A stretch of 64,000 nucleotides of DNA, taken from contig NC_058368.1 of the NCBI RefSeq assembly GCF_018350175.1, forward strand, positions 5,890,001 through 5,954,000, given 5' to 3'. This DNA comes from Felis catus. Taxonomy: Eukaryota. A program made the translations under genes and the position numbers. This document shows, piece after piece, positions 40,190-55,819 of the stretch. The notes under the pieces were generated by a model. It saw nothing but the letters and a program-made list of their open reading frames with translations, searched no databases and was not told where the DNA came from. Within the stretch, counting starts at the first letter, position 1. Each line of letters opens with the position of its first letter.

Positions 40190-43100
40190 GAATAACTAAG
40201 ACAATTTTAAAAATATATAGTGAAAAGACTCACTCTACCTGATGTTAAGGCTCATGGTATTGCTACAGAATTCGAGACAGTGTGATGTTGGCAGAGGAAA
40301 AGACACAGAAATCAAGGAGTTAGAGTAGAGAACCCAGAAACACATAGTATGTATCTACATGAGTATGTCCAACTTATTTTAATTGTGGTAAGAACTATAA
40401 CCAATTTTAAGTGTACAGTGCAGTAACGTTAAGTATATTCACATTGTTGTGCAACCAATCTCCAGAACTTTTTCATCTTGCAAAACTAAAACTCTGTACC
40501 CCTGAACAATTCCCCATATCCCTCAACCCTCAGCCACTGGTCACCAACACTCTCCTTTGTCTCTCTGAATTTGACTATTTTAGATACCCCATGTAAGTGG
40601 AATCATACATTGTTTGGCTTTTTGTGTGTGACTCATAGTTAGCCAATGTCCTCAAGGTTCATCCATATTATAGTATGTGTCAGAATTTACTTTCCTTTTA
40701 AGGCTGAATAATATTCCATCGTATTTATATATCACATTTTGGTTATCTCTTCATCTGTCACTGGACGTTTGGGTTGCTTCTGCTTGGGTATTGTAAATAA
40801 TGGTGCATTAAACATGGTGTGTAAATATCTCTTCAAGATTCTTGCTTTCAGGGGCACCTGGGTGGCTCAGTTGGTTAAGTGTCTGACTTCGACTCAGGTC
40901 ATGATCTCGCGGTTTGTGAGTTCAAGCCCCGCATCGGGTTCTGTGCTGACGGCTCAGAGCCTGGAGCCTGCTTCGGATTCTTTGCCTCCTCCTCTCTCTG
41001 CCCCTCCCCTGCTCTCTCTCTCTCTCTCTCTCTCAATAATAAATAAATGTTAAAAAAATTAAAAAAAAAAGATTCTTGCTTTCAGTATTTAGATACATAC
41101 TCAGAAGTGGAATGGCTGAATCATGTAATTCTATTTTTAATGTTTTGAGGAATCATCATACTATTTTCCATAGTGGTTGCACCAATTTTTATTCATACCT
41201 GCAGTTCACAAGGGTTCACTTTCTCCACATCCTCACCGACGTTTGTTATTCTCTGCGGGTTTTATTTTTTAATAGTAGCCATCCTAATTGATGTAATACG
41301 TGATTATGGTTTAGATTTACATTTCTCCAATGATTAGTGGTGTTGAACATTTTCTCACATATTGGCCATTTATATTCTATCTCTGTAGAAATGTCTGTTC
41401 AGGTTCTTTACCCAACTTTATATCAGATTGATTTTTTGTTGTTGAGTTGTAGGAGCTCACTATTCTAGACATTAGCTTATGAGATATGTAATTTGCAAGC
41501 ATTTTTCTCATATCCTGTAGGTATTTTTACTGTGTTGTCACAATCAACACAGAGGTTTTAACATTTGATGTAGAACCACTTGTCTGTATTTGCTTCTGTT
41601 GCATGTGCTTTCATGTCATGTTCAAGAAAATTATTGTCAAACACAATGTATGAAGATTTTCCATTTTATTTTCTTGTAAGAGCTTTATAGTTTTAGGTAT
41701 TATTTTTAGGTCCTTAATCAATTTTCAGTTAACGTTTGTAAATGGTTTAAGGTGTTTGATTATTTAATCTGCATATGGATATCCAGCTTTCCCACTAGCA
41801 TTTGCTAAAGGGGGACTATCCTTTCTCCATTATGTAACCTTGGTGTTTTCAAAGATCATTTGACCATATACACTAGGATTTATTTCTGTGTTATTTTATT
41901 CCATTGGTCTATATACCTGTTTTTATGCCAGTAAAACACATTTTAAATACTGTACCTTTGTATATGTTCTGAAGTTAGGGAGTATGAGACTTCTCAGTTA
42001 TTTCTCAAGATTGTTTTGGCTATTCAAGATGCTTTAAGACTCTGTATGAATTTTAGGATGCATTTTTCTATTTCTCCAAAACATGGGATTTTTGTAGAGA
42101 TTGCATACAAGTCTGCAGATCATTTGGGGTAATATTGTCATCTTAACAATATAAACTTTTACAATCCATAACCATGGGATGTCTTTCCATTTATTTGTAT
42201 CTTCAAATTATTTCAGCAATATTTTGTAGTTTTTGGTGTACAAGTGTTTTTCCGCCTCGGTTTTAATTTCCCTTTTTGATAGCTTGTTATTAGTGTATAT
42301 AAATACAACATTTTTGTATGTTGGTTTGTATCCTGTTGCATTATTGAATTTATTAGTACTGATCATTATTTTCTGACATCTTTAGGATTTTCCACATGTA
42401 AGATCTTGTCCTCTGTAAACAGAGATAATTTTACCTATTCCTTTCTGATTTGGATGTTTTTCTTTCTTCCTTCCTTTCTTCTTCTTTTTTTTTCTTTTGC
42501 CCAAGTGCTCTTACTGGGACTTCCAGTACTGTGTTGAATAGAAGTGGTGAGAGCAGGCATCCTTGCCTGGTTCCTGATCTTAGAGGAAAGGCTTTTAGTC
42601 TTTTGCCACTGAGCACGATACCAGCTATGGGATTTTCATATATGGCCTTTATTATGTTGAGGAATTTTTTTTTCTTTCTGGCCTGTTGAATGCTTTTATC
42701 ATGTAAGAGTGTTGAATTTCATCAAATGCATTTTCTGCATCGAGATGATGTGGTTTTTTTTCCTTTGTTGACTGATTTTCATATATTGAACCATCTTTGC
42801 ATTCCAGGATATGGTTTCTATTCCTTTTTTAATGTGCTGCTGAATTCAAGTTTGCTAGTATTTTGCCAAGGATTTTTGCACCTGTATTAATCAGGGATAT
42901 AGGTCAGTAGCTTTCTTGTAGTGTTTTCTAGTGTCTTGTAATGTAGCTTTGGTTTTATAGTAATGCCAGACTCATAAAATGAGTTTGTAAGTGTTTCTTT
43001 CTCTATAATTTTTTGGAAGAGTTTGAGGTAGATTTTAATTCTTCTTTGAACGATTGGTATAATTTGCCAGGGAGGTATTTGATTACTGATCTGATATCCT

Positions 43101-44930
43101 TACTAGTTATACTCTGTTGATATTTCCTATTTCTTTATTACCTGCCCAACTGATTTTTTACAAAGGTAGAAGACCAATTTAATGGAAGAATAACCTTTTC
43201 ATCAAATAGCACTGAAGTAATTGAATTTCATGGGCAAAACAAATAGAAAATCTAAACCCTCCACTCTGCACCAAAATTCACTGAAAATGGATCATGACAT
43301 TAAGTGTAAAACACAAGACTTTTAGAAAACTACACAGAGGAATGTCTTTGGAATCTAGATCTAGGCAAAGAGTTTTTTGACACAGAACCAAAGCATGATC
43401 CATAAAAGGAAAAATTGTAAATTGGACCACTTCAAAATTAAAAACTCTTACACTCTGAAAGACTCTATTAAGATGACAAAACAACATGATACAGACTGGA
43501 AGAAAATTATTTGCAAACTACATATCTGCCAAAGGACTAGTGTCTAAAATATGTGAAGAACTCTCAAAAATTAACAGTAAAAAATTAATTTAGTTTTTAG
43601 ACAATTTAGACAAAAGATGGGAAGACACATTTCAGAAGATGTATTGATAGCAAATAAGTATATGAGAAGATATTCAACATCATTAGCCACTGCAGAAATG
43701 CAATTTAAAACCACAATGAGGGGGCTGCGTGGGTGGCTCAGTTGGTTGAGTGTCCAACTCTTGATATCAGCTCAGGTCATGATCCCAGAGTCATGGGATC
43801 AAGTCCCAGAGTTGAACCTGCTTGAGATTCTTTCTCTCTCTCCCTCTGCCCCTCTCCCCTACTCACACTCTTTCTCTAACATAAGATAAAAATAATTAAT
43901 TAATTTAATTAAATGAAACCACAATGAGATACCACTAACCATCTATCAGAATGGCTAAAATACTAAATAGTGATAATATCAAATGCTGGGAAAGATCCAG
44001 AGAAACAAAATAACAGATACTTTGCTGCTAGGAATTGAAAATGGTAAAGTCACTCTGGAAAATAGTTGGGAGTTTCTTTAAAAAAAAACAAAAAACTAAA
44101 TATACACCTACCATATGATCCAGCAATTGTACTCTTGGACATTTGTCCTAAATAAGTGAAAACTTACGTTTGCCCAAAATCTTTATACAAATGCTCTTCA
44201 ATAAGTGGGTGATAAATGTTATGGTCTGGAACAAATGATTGATACAGGGAACAACGTGGATCAATCTGAAGGGAATTAATTATACTGACTAAAAAAAAAA
44301 TCCAATCTCAAAAGGTTATATACTACACAATTCTACTTTTATAACATTCTTTCTTTTTAAGCTTATTTATTTTGAGAGAGAAAGCATGTGGAGGGGGAGA
44401 AAGAAATTCAAGCAGGCTCTGCACTGTCAGTGCAGGGTCCAACATTGGGCTTAATCTTGCAAACTGTGAGATCATGACCTGAGCCAAAATCAAGATCTTG
44501 TCTGATGCTTAACCAACTGAGCCACCCAGGCACCCCTACTTTTAGAACATTCTTGAAAGAACAAGAAGGATAGGGATAGGGAACAGATTAGTCACTGTCA
44601 GAAGCTACGGCTGGATGTGGATATAAAGGGGTAGCATGAGTGGGATCCTTGTGATGGAACAGGTCTGTATCATTGGGGCCGAGGTGGGGTGGTCTGTCTC
44701 GATTTCTGTGATGGTTGTATCAATCTACACATGGATAAAAGTACATAGAATCACACAAGTGTGAGTAAAGCTTGTGAAGTATGAATCTCAGTCAGTTATA
44801 TCCTGGTTTTGATAATGTCCTAGAGTTATTCAAGGTGTTATCTTTGGGGAAAATTGGGTGTTTCATGGGACCTTCTAAAAAATATTTTTGGAACTTCCTG
44901 TGAATCCATAATTATTTCAAAGTAAAATAC
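40190..44930 (+). mobile_element. Old L1M 3' portion (+) interrupted by a minus-strand L1 (40381-43142) and Can-SINEs (40851-41070, 43720-43915, 44350-44536)
   Basis: TSD of the nested L1 is tg(t/c)ccaact(t/g)atttt at 40366-40380 and 43143-43157. ORF2 peptide [21 protein letters not shown] TSDs aagattcttgctttca and aaaccacaatgag. Confidence 0.82.
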
Positions 44931-45100
44931 TAAACAATATTTTTCCATAGCCAAATTTAAGGCTTATACAAATGCTTTTTTAAGTCAGGATGGTGGTTAG
45001 AAGACTCAAATTTACCAAATAACTTTGAGCAAAAACCTAAAGCAGAATTGTGTAATGGTAATTTAAATGATACAAATATGGGGAAAAAAACAAAACACTA

Positions 45101-45277
<177 letters not shown>

Positions 45278-45619
45278 CTAAAAGAAGGAAACAACAGTCA
45301 GGGCAAGTTCAAATGAAACAGCAAAGTATTTGTTAGACCCACTGTTGTAGAATACATACAAAAGACTGGAGACAGATGGGGCAGAAATAGGAAAATGTCC
45401 ATTTACAGTTCTTGGGCTAACACTCATTCTTGGAAAAGTATAAAATGGCACACACCATGGCATAACATCTTCTCTACAGTCAAAGCTGCTCTTGGGTCAA
45501 AGCAAGATGGAGGAAAACAAAATGTGGCTTAAAGTATTATCATTGCTGTGAAACAGCCTGTTAATGGGGGCCTGAGCATGAATCAGTTCAGTCTCCTGCA
45601 TTAGTGACTTATTAGTATA

Positions 45620-45801
45620 TATTTTTGAGAGAGAGCGTGCATGTGAGCAGGGGAGGGGCAGAGAGAGAGGGAGACAGACAATCCAAAGCAGGCTTGGCAC
45701 TATAGGGGCAAAGCCCAACGTGGGGCTCAAACCCACAAACCGTGAGACGATGACCTGAGTTGACGTCAGGTGCTCAACTGCCTGAGCCACCCAGGCACCC
45801 C
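45620..45801 (-). mobile_element. Can-SINE
   Basis: Ends gagccacccaggcacccc. Confidence 0.9.
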
Positions 45802-48800
45802 TACCAATAATTACATTAAATGTAAACAGTGGAAAACACTTGGAAAAAGACATAAGGTGACAAAATGGATAAAACAAATAAGACCTATCTATATGCCGCC
45901 TACAAGAGACTCACTTCAGACCTAAAGACACATACAGACTGAAAGTGAATAGATGGAAAAAAAAATATGCCATGCAAATGGAAGTCAAAAAAATAAAGAG
46001 TCTGGGGGAGGGGATACAATACTTCTATCAGACAAAATAGACTTGAAATCAAATACTGGAGCAAGAGACAGAGTGGGCACTATATAATAATAAAGGGATC
46101 AATACAACTAGAGGATATAATTGTTGTAATGATCTATGCACCCAACATAAGAGCACCTAAATAAAGCAAATATTAATACACACAAAGGGAAACCTTGACA
46201 GCAATAAAATAATAGTAGGGGACTCTAATTCTCCACTCACATCAGTGAATAGATCACCCAGGAAGAAAATCAACACATTAGACCAGATGGACTTAAATAT
46301 ATACAGAAAATACCATCCAAAAACAACACAGTAACAATACACATTCATTTTAAGTGCACATGGAACATTCTCCAGGACACATCATGTGTTAGGCCACAAA
46401 ACAAGTCTAAATAAATTTAAGAAGATTAAAATCATACTAAGCATTTTTCTGACTACGACTGATATGAAGAAGCTAGATATGAATTACAAGGGAAAAACAA
46501 AAAACAAAAAACTAGAAAAAGCACAAACACATGGAGCCTAAACAACATGGTACCAAACAGCCAGTAGACCAATGAAGAAATCAAATAGGAAAATAAAAAT
46601 ACATGGAGAGGAATGAAAATGAAAACACAATGGCCTCAAATCCTTGAAACTCAGTGAAAGCAGTTATAAGAGGAAAATGTGTAGCAATATAGGCCTACCT
46701 CAAGAAACAGAACCTAACCTTACAACTAAAAGGGAAAACGAACAAAATCCAAACATAGCAGAAGGAAATAATAAATACCAGAGCAGAAATAAGTGAAAAA
46801 CAAGAAAAAACATAGAAAAGATCAATGAAATCATAACCTTGTTCTTTAAAAAGATAAACTGATCAACCTTTGGCCAGTCTTTTTTCCATCAAGGAAAAAA
46901 GAGAGAGGGCTCAAATGAACAGAATCAGAAATTAAAGAGGCCAAATAACATATCACAGAAATAGAAAGGATTATAAGAGACTATTATAAAAAATTATAAG
47001 CCAAGAAGTTGGACAACCTAGGAGAAATAAATTCCTAAAAATATTCTTTCTTCTTTTGGAAGATTGTGTAACAAAATTGAATTGGCAATCAAAAACTCCT
47101 AACAAAAGTCCCAGAGCAGATGGCTTCAGAGGTGAACTCTACCCATTCTCTTCAAACTATTCCAAAAAACTGAAAGGAAGGAAAGCTTCCAAATACATTC
47201 TCTGAGGGCAGCACTACCCTGATACGAAAACCAGACAAAGACACTACAAAAAAAAAAAAAACCCACACACACACAAAAAAAAAACACTATAGGTCAATAT
47301 CTCTGATGAACAAAGATCACAGAAATCCTCAACAAAATACGAGCAAACTGCATTCAACAATACATTAAATATAGTAGGATCATTCACCATAATCAAGTGG
47401 AATTTATTCCAAGGATGCAAAAATAGTTTAGTATTCACAAATCAACACACACCACATTAATTAAATGAAGGGAAAAAATCATATGATCATCTTAATAGAT
47501 GAAGAGAAAGCTTTAAATATAATACAACATCCATTCATGATAAGAACACTCAACAAAGTAAGTTTAGAGTGAACACATGCCAACATAATACAGGCCATGT
47601 ATGTACAGGCCACGTATGACAAACCCACAACTATCATCATACAGAATGCTGTAAAACTGAGAGTTTTTCCTTCTAAGATCAGGAACAAGACAACAATGTC
47701 CACTGTCACCACTTTTCTTCAACATAGTACCGCGAGTCCTAGCCATAGCAGTCAGACAAGAAATAGAAATAAAAGGCATCCAAATTGATAAGGAAGAAGC
47801 AAAACTGATAGTATTTGCAGATGGCATGATACTCTACATAGAAAATTCTAAAGACTCCACCAAAAAACTATTAGAACTGATAAATTAATTTAGCAAGTTG
47901 CAGGATACCAAATTAATATACAGAAATCTGTTGTGTTTCTATATATTATTAGCAAAGTGGCAGAAAGAGAAATTAAGAAAAATTGAGAATTAAATTTAAA
48001 AATTATAAAATACATAGGAATAAACTTAACCAAAAAGGCAAAAGTCCCGTGCTCTGAAAACTATAGAACACTGATAAAGTAAACTAAAAAAGACACAAAG
48101 AAATGGAAAGCTATTCCATGCTAATATTCCGTTAATTTAGAAAAATTAATATTGTTAAAATGTCCATAGTACCAAAAGTAATCTACAGATTCAATACAAT
48201 CCCTGTCAAAATACTAAATATTTTTTACAGAAATAGAATAATCCTAAAGTTAGTATGGAACCACAGAAGATCCCAAGTAGTTGAAGCAGTCTTGAGAAAG
48301 GAGACCAATATATCTTTCAAGATATATTCCAAAGCTGTGGTAATGGAATCAGTATGGTACTGGCACAAAAATAGACACAGGTCAGTGGAGCAGAATAGAG
48401 AGCTGAGAAATACCCCCATGCTTATGTGGTGAATTAATCTACAGCAAAGGAGGCAAGAATATGCAGTGGGGAAAAAAAAGTCTCTTCAAAAAAATGTGTT
48501 GGAAAAACTGGACCACTTTCTTACATGATGTGGAAAAATAAACTCAAAATAAAATGCCCTAAATGTGAGGCCTGAAACTCAGGGCACTAATGATGAGCAC
48601 TGGGTGTTGTATTTGATGAATCACTAAATTCTACACCTTGACTAATATTACACTGTGTGTTAACTAACTGGAATTTAAATTTAAAAACTTGAGAAAAGGA
48701 AAAAAAGAAAAGAAAGGCAGTAATCTCCTGGACATTGACCTTAGCAACACTTTTCTAGACATATCTCCCCAGGCAAGGAAAACAAAAGCAAAAATAAACC

Positions 48801-49603
48801 ATTGGGACTGTATCAAAACAAAAATCTTTTACACAGCAAAGGAAACCATCAACAAAATGAAAAGGCCTACTGAGTGGGAGAAGACATTTGAAAATGGTGT
48901 CTTTGAAAAGAAGTTAATATTCAAAATATATAATGAAGTTACTCAACCTAACACCAAAAAAGCTGCAAAACATCCAATTAAAAATGGGCAAAAGTGGGTG
49001 GGGGAATGGGTTAAATAGGTGATGGGATTCGGGAGGGCACTTGTTATGATGTACACTGGGTACTGAATGGAAGTGTTGGATCACTGTATTTACACCTGAA
49101 ACTAATATTACACTGTATGTTAACTAACTGGAATTTAAGTACTTTTTTAAAACATGAGAGGACAATAGCCACTTTTGCAAAGAAGATATATGATGGCAGG
49201 CAAACACATGAAAAGATTCTCAACATCACTAATCATCAGAGTAGTGGAAATCTGAACCCCAATGAGATATCACCTTACAGCTGTCAGAATGGCTAGAATC
49301 AAAAAGACAAGAAATCCCGAGTGTTGGTGAGAATGTGGAGAATGGGGGACCCTCTAGCACTGCTGGTGGGAATGCAAACTGGTGCAGTCACTGTGGAAAA
49401 CGGTATGGAGGCTCCTCAAAATATTAAAAATAGAAATACCATACAATCCAGTAATTTCACTACTGTGTATTTACCCAAAGAAAAGAAAACCACTAATTTG
49501 AAGATATATGCACCTCTGTGTTTACTGAAGCGTTACTGACAATAGCCAAGATAGGGAAGCAACCTCAGTGTCCATCAATAGATGAATGGATAAGGAAGAT
49601 GTG

Positions 49604-49638
<35 letters not shown>

Positions 49639-49800
49639 GGGAATATCAGACATAAGAAAGAATAAACTCTTGCCATTTGTGACAATATGATGAATGGACT
49701 TGGCGGGTGTTGTGTGAAGTGAAATAAGCCCAAAAGAAAAAGATAAATACCATAAGATTTCACTTACAATGTGGAATCTAAAAAGAACAAGCCAAAAAAG
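45802..49800 (+). mobile_element. Decayed carnivore L1 ORF2 (EN to 3' end) with two short nested L1 3' UTR fragments (~48580-48710, ~48990-49150) and (GT)n at 49605-49635
   Basis: Colinear ORF2 remnants (aattacattaaatgtaaa; tttgcagatggcatgatact; MSIVPKVIYRFNTIPVK). Confidence 0.85.
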
Positions 49801-50544
49801 GAGAAATATTTCCCTGGATCCCCAGGATAGCTGGAACTGGCCAGCCTAGCGTGTGCACAGTGTTTAACAGTTCAAGGCTTATGTCACATAACTGCTGAGA
49901 TCATCGGAAGCATGTATCCCGACGGCATTTAGAACAGTTTAGGACAGGATCAGGAGAGTTTGGGGTGGTCATTTCCCTGTTTACAGACACAGGTGCTTTG
50001 ATCATAGTTGACTGACACTTCTCGTAACCCAGATACTCTAGCACACAGGAGCCTTAGTTTTCCCTGTTGTAAAACTAGAACACTTAATCAGAATGGATCT
50101 GATTCAAACACTGGGGTAATACACTCTTCATCTATGCTGTAGGATCCTAGGAATCTGTTTTGTTACCACCCCAGTTTCGGGCACCTGCTTACCTGTGGGC
50201 AGGGTGCTAAATCATCTAGCCTCTCAAAGACAGCCACCACAAGAACAGCCCCAGCAGGGATGTTCTACTCAAAGTATGGGATTATTCCTAGGGAGCTGTT
50301 CAAGAATTACATGTGGCTCCCGAATTCACCAAGAGTGAATGAAAAGTCTTCTTGTTAGTTGCTCAACTGTGGTGAAAATATTGTATCCATTAAAAGCTGA
50401 TCTTACATTGATTAAAATATTCTTCAAAAGTCAAAATATTAATATGTAGAAGCAGGAAGTGTTCTTATTAAACAGCTTGGATATTACAAATACACAGGGG
50501 CTGTACATCACAGGCTGTACATCACTCTTCTTAAATGCATTCCA

Positions 50545-51310
50545 GTAAATGGTACCGCTACTGTGGAAGGCAGTTTGGCAGTTTCGTACAAAACTAAACG
50601 TACTTTTATACTTTTACTATATGATCTAGCAGTTGCACTCACTTGGTATAAATCCAAAGGAGTTGAAAATTTATGTCCACATACAGAAACCTGCACATGG
50701 ATATTTGTAGCAGCTTTATTAATAACTGCCCAAAGTTGGAAATAACCAAGATGTTTTTCAGTAGCTGAATGGATAAACAAAGTACATCCAGAAAGTAGAA
50801 TATTATTCATCGCTAAATAGAAATGAGCTATCAAGTCATAAAAGACATGAAGGGTACTTAAGTGCATATTACTAAGTGAAAGAAGCCAGTTGGAGAAGGC
50901 TACATGCTGTATGAATAGGACATTCTGGAAAAGGCAAAACTATGGAGATAGTAAATAGATCAGTGGTTGCCAAAGTTAGTGTAGAGGGAACGATGAATAG
51001 GCAGAGTGCAGAGGACTCTTAAGGAAGTGAAATTACTCTGTATGGTACTGTGATGATAGATACTTGTCCTTATACATTTCTCCAAACCTACAGAATGTAC
51101 GACACCAAGAGTGAACCGTAATGTAAACTGTGGACTTTGCACGATGATGTGTCAATGTAGGTTCATGAGTTATAACAAATGTACCATTCTGGCAGAGGAC
51201 GTTGATGGCAGGGGGAAGGCTGGTGGGGGTAGGGGCGGGGGATATATGGGAACTCTATATCTTCTGCTCAATTTTGCCGTGAAGCTACACTAAAATATAC
51301 AGTCTATTTT
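50545..51310 (+). mobile_element. L1MC-type 3' end
   Basis: catattactaagtgaaagaagccag...gaatgtacgacaccaagagtgaaccgtaatgtaaactgtggac. Confidence 0.8.
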
Positions 51311-51636
51311 TTTCAGATCTGCCAAGGGGCGGTGCCTACTTTTAAAAAGCAGAAATTGGGAGATTATAAGTCTTCAAGAAATATTCATCAAGAGATGCCA
51401 CAAGGTAAAGCACACATTACAGATTGAAGAGACTGGGGATTTAGAGATTATATTAGCAGAGCTACAGACCCTCAGTGGTATCAGTCGGACCAAATGCATA
51501 ACTGCTCAAGAAAAACCTTTTTGCTGCAAACTGTATAAGGACAAAACTTAACCCCAAATGTTCTGGTAGTTGCATATGAAGAGCAGCTTAAAGAGTAGGG
51601 TAGACCTCATGCACTCGACGTGCCCACACCACTGAC

Positions 51637-51820
51637 CTGTGCAATGGCAAAATCTGAGTTGTTGGTGGCCTGCATACCCTCGTTCCCACTGATTCCCACA
51701 CCCACGTGGGCCATCTGGATCATCCCAACGTCATTGGCACCATCCCCGATGGCAAGAGTGATGGCCCCTACGTGCTTCTTAACCACGTCGACTATTTCTG
51801 CCTTCTGGAGGGGAGATAAC
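51637..51820 (-). CDS. ATP8A2-like: P4-ATPase (ATP8A2-like) coding exon, 184 bp: (R)[61 protein letters not shown]
   Basis: Within ORF 51607..51846. Carries the P-type ATPase hinge motif GDGAND. Acceptor ttctttttcag|G, donor GCACAG|gtcagt. Phase matches the previous exon (AG+G = Arg). Confidence 0.96.
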
Positions 51821-52009
51821 CTGAAAAAGAAGACAGCAATCACCACTTTCTGGTGTTTTATGTTGGTTCGTTTTACTTCACCTTGTCATAAAAGCCTTTA
51901 ACATGGAGTCAACGGTAATCTACACCTAACCACCTTTAAATGACAGCTACGGATAAATTTTCCAATACATTGATCAAGCTTTTAACAGATATAAAAATGT
52001 TCCACCCAC

Positions 52010-52330
52010 CAATCTAAAATAAATGAATAAACAAACAAAAAGAATCTGTGTTTATAGAAACACAGAACAACCTGATGGCTGGTGGAGGGTGTGGGGTGAA
52101 GGGATGGGCAATATGGGTGAAAGGGGGTGGAAGGTACACACTTTCGGATGGAACAGAAGTCATGAGAATAAAAGGCACAGCATAGGGAACAGAGCCAGTG
52201 ATGTTGTAGTAATGTTGTGTGATGACAGATGGTAGCTCGCTTGTGGTGAGCACAGCCTAACAAAGAGATTTCCAGTCGTGTTGTACATCTGAAACTAATG
52301 TATCATTGTGTATCAGCTACACTCAAAAAT
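52010..52330 (+). mobile_element. L1 3' UTR fragment
   Basis: gatgacagatggtagctcgcttgtggtgagcacag...tgaaactaatgtatcattgtgtatcagctacactc. Confidence 0.8.
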
Positions 52331-53594
52331 TCCCTCCCCGGCCCACCCAAAATAAGAAGTAAAGCAGAGAAAGCACACAGTAACTTCTTTAACATCCCCA
52401 AAGAAATACACAGTATCAGTTGTCTAGTTTACATGGAGACAAACTCTTCAATTTGCCATTCTCCCCACCGCTCCCTGTTTCTAACACTGGCCTATCTTAA
52501 TTTACATCATCTCGCTACATGAGAGCAAGAAGTGAAGATCTGTTTCTAAACCTGTATAAAGGCATTTCCCCCAAAGGATAAATATGTGGAGTAGCCTAGG
52601 AAAATCAAACTACCCTCAAGTGAACTTTACAAGGAGACAGAGAAACATGAAGATCTCAGTCAGGAGTCTGTGGTGACAATAACAATCCAAAGGTAAGTGA
52701 CTGAAAATAACAAATGTTTGCTTCTTTCCCGTGGATGTGTCCAGTGCAGATGAGGATACTGTCGATCCTTTCTTTTAACCCAGACAAGCTACGAAAGCAA
52801 ATTTCGTATTCCTCAAATATTTCAGACTAGCAGACCCTGTCTACACAAAATACTTAACAGACATTCCAAGGAAAGAGAAGCAAATTTTTTTTTTCTCTCT
52901 TATTTATCACTTATGTATTCATTCACTAAATAAATTGGCTACATACCTCTATCCAAAATGATCAGGGACACACAAAGGTTTTATTTTCTAGTAAGTGAGT
53001 GTTCATCCCCTTCCCACAAAACAGCTCCTAAAAACTAATTTAAATCTCAACCTTTCAAATTTCAGGTGAGATTATTAAAAACTGAGGAGATGAAGTTCCC
53101 TTGACTAGAACACACTCCAAATTTTAAGACAGAAGCACAGACGGAAAACCTTTGGTTTCATAATGAGGAAAATGTGAGTTAACATTAATACACTGTCGAC
53201 ACAGTGTGAAAAGTTGCTGAAGTAGAGGATGTTCTGGAAACCATTTGTAAGTTTAGTTTCCATCTAGAGACACTGTTTTGTTTTGTTTTTTTACTGCAAT
53301 AACTACAATGATAATAACTTACCATTTTGTCTGGCAAGTACTTTTATATTTAAACTATGATATTTGTGAAGAAAAAAAAGAAAACGTACCTCATATTAAT
53401 ACCAAATTTGACTCTTCATACTGTCAAATCTTAATTCTATCGTTTGAGCCAGTGAAGCTCTCCAAATATGAAAAGAGAACTACAGGGGCCCAACTAAGCC
53501 TTCTCCTCCCCTTGCTAAACATCCCTGAATCCTTCAGTCCTTTTGTGAGGTGGTTCTGGGCCTTTTGCCAAAGCTCCACATCAATTCTGATCAG

Positions 53595-54425
<831 letters not shown>

Positions 54426-55309
54426 GAACTGGATTATCACTATTCTGATTTTGGATCTCCCTCCCATACATGAAAATAAATCCTGAAATAATAATAGTCT
54501 TTTAATACCTATGTGTTAAATGAGCTTAAATTAATAAAACACTTTAGGTCATGTTTCCGGGTATGAGTATTAAGCCAAATTACCCTAATCTTGAAATTTT
54601 AGGGTTATACCCAATTGATGATCTTTACATTCATGTCTGGCAAAGTTTATCTTGTCATTTTATTGGCTGAAAAAAACATAGATACCCCACAGCCATGTAT
54701 TCACAAAAACTGAAGGGTGAAAAGTCTACTCAGGATAGGAAAAAAAGTCAATATGCTGTTTCAGGACACAAAAGTAATAAGAAAACACAGCCCTAAAACA
54801 CAGTTTGAGAAATTCAAAACAGACAATAAACAGCTGATTTCTGTTCTTTTCATCTGAATGAAAGATGAAAGTATGAAAACCTTCCAAAACATAGTATTTC
54901 ACGTGTCAACGCTCATTGTGAGTTTTAATCTATAACATGGAACCGAATGAATTCAACAACGTAGAAAGAGCACATAATAGATTCCAATCTATAAAACAAA
55001 CACTCTAGTCACATTTGACTTGATTTAAAAATTGTAGTATTTTTATCATCTGTTTTCATGGAATTACAAAGAGAACTAAACCAATTGACTGGAATATGTC
55101 ATGGTTTTTCCATGGCACACACTACTGACTTCTTTATCAATACAATCAGTGTTAGAAATAAAAAATAAAATGGTTTCCATTCAAAATTTGTAAAATAGGT
55201 TCAACATATTATATGGCGTAGATACTTTCTTGTATATAAAAACAAGTTTTCTTGCTATATTTGTGCTTGGAATTCTCTGCGTAAGCTACTTACAGGTAAT
55301 CTCATATGC

Positions 55310-55500
55310 ATTAATTATTATTTATTCAGCAAATACGGATGTCCCTACATAGGAGCCAGGCACAGTTCTTGATACAGAAAATAGTGCAGAGAATAAAATA
55401 CATAAGCATTCCTGCCTTCATGAAGTTTACATTCCAGTGGAGAGGAGACAGACAATAAACCAAGTAAGTAAAACATAAATTATGGCATATGGTGATAAGA
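55310..55500. mobile_element. L2 LINE 3' fragment, followed by a partial Can-SINE (55505-55631, -)
   Basis: ttattcagcaaata...gccaggcacagttct...cctgccttcatgaagtttacattccagtggagaggagacagacaataaac. Confidence 0.7.
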
Positions 55501-55819
55501 ACTTTCTTTTAAGTTTCTTTTTCAGTCAGTGCAGAGCCCGATGCAAGGCTTGATCCCATGAACCATGAGATCATAACCTGAACTGAAATCAAGAGCTGGA
55601 CACCCAACTGACTGAGCCACCCAGGCGCCCCGATAAACTGAATTTTCTAGATTAATTAGATTTTTCTCTCCTAATTATGTTTACCTGAGTGCCACTGATT
55701 AAGCAATTGTAACAAATACTATATGACACCCTCCAAGTATCTAAGCTTTTTTATTTCTAAATGACATTCAGTAAGCAAATTATCGGTCAAAACTTTAAGA
55801 AAACTTTCTATACCTGTCA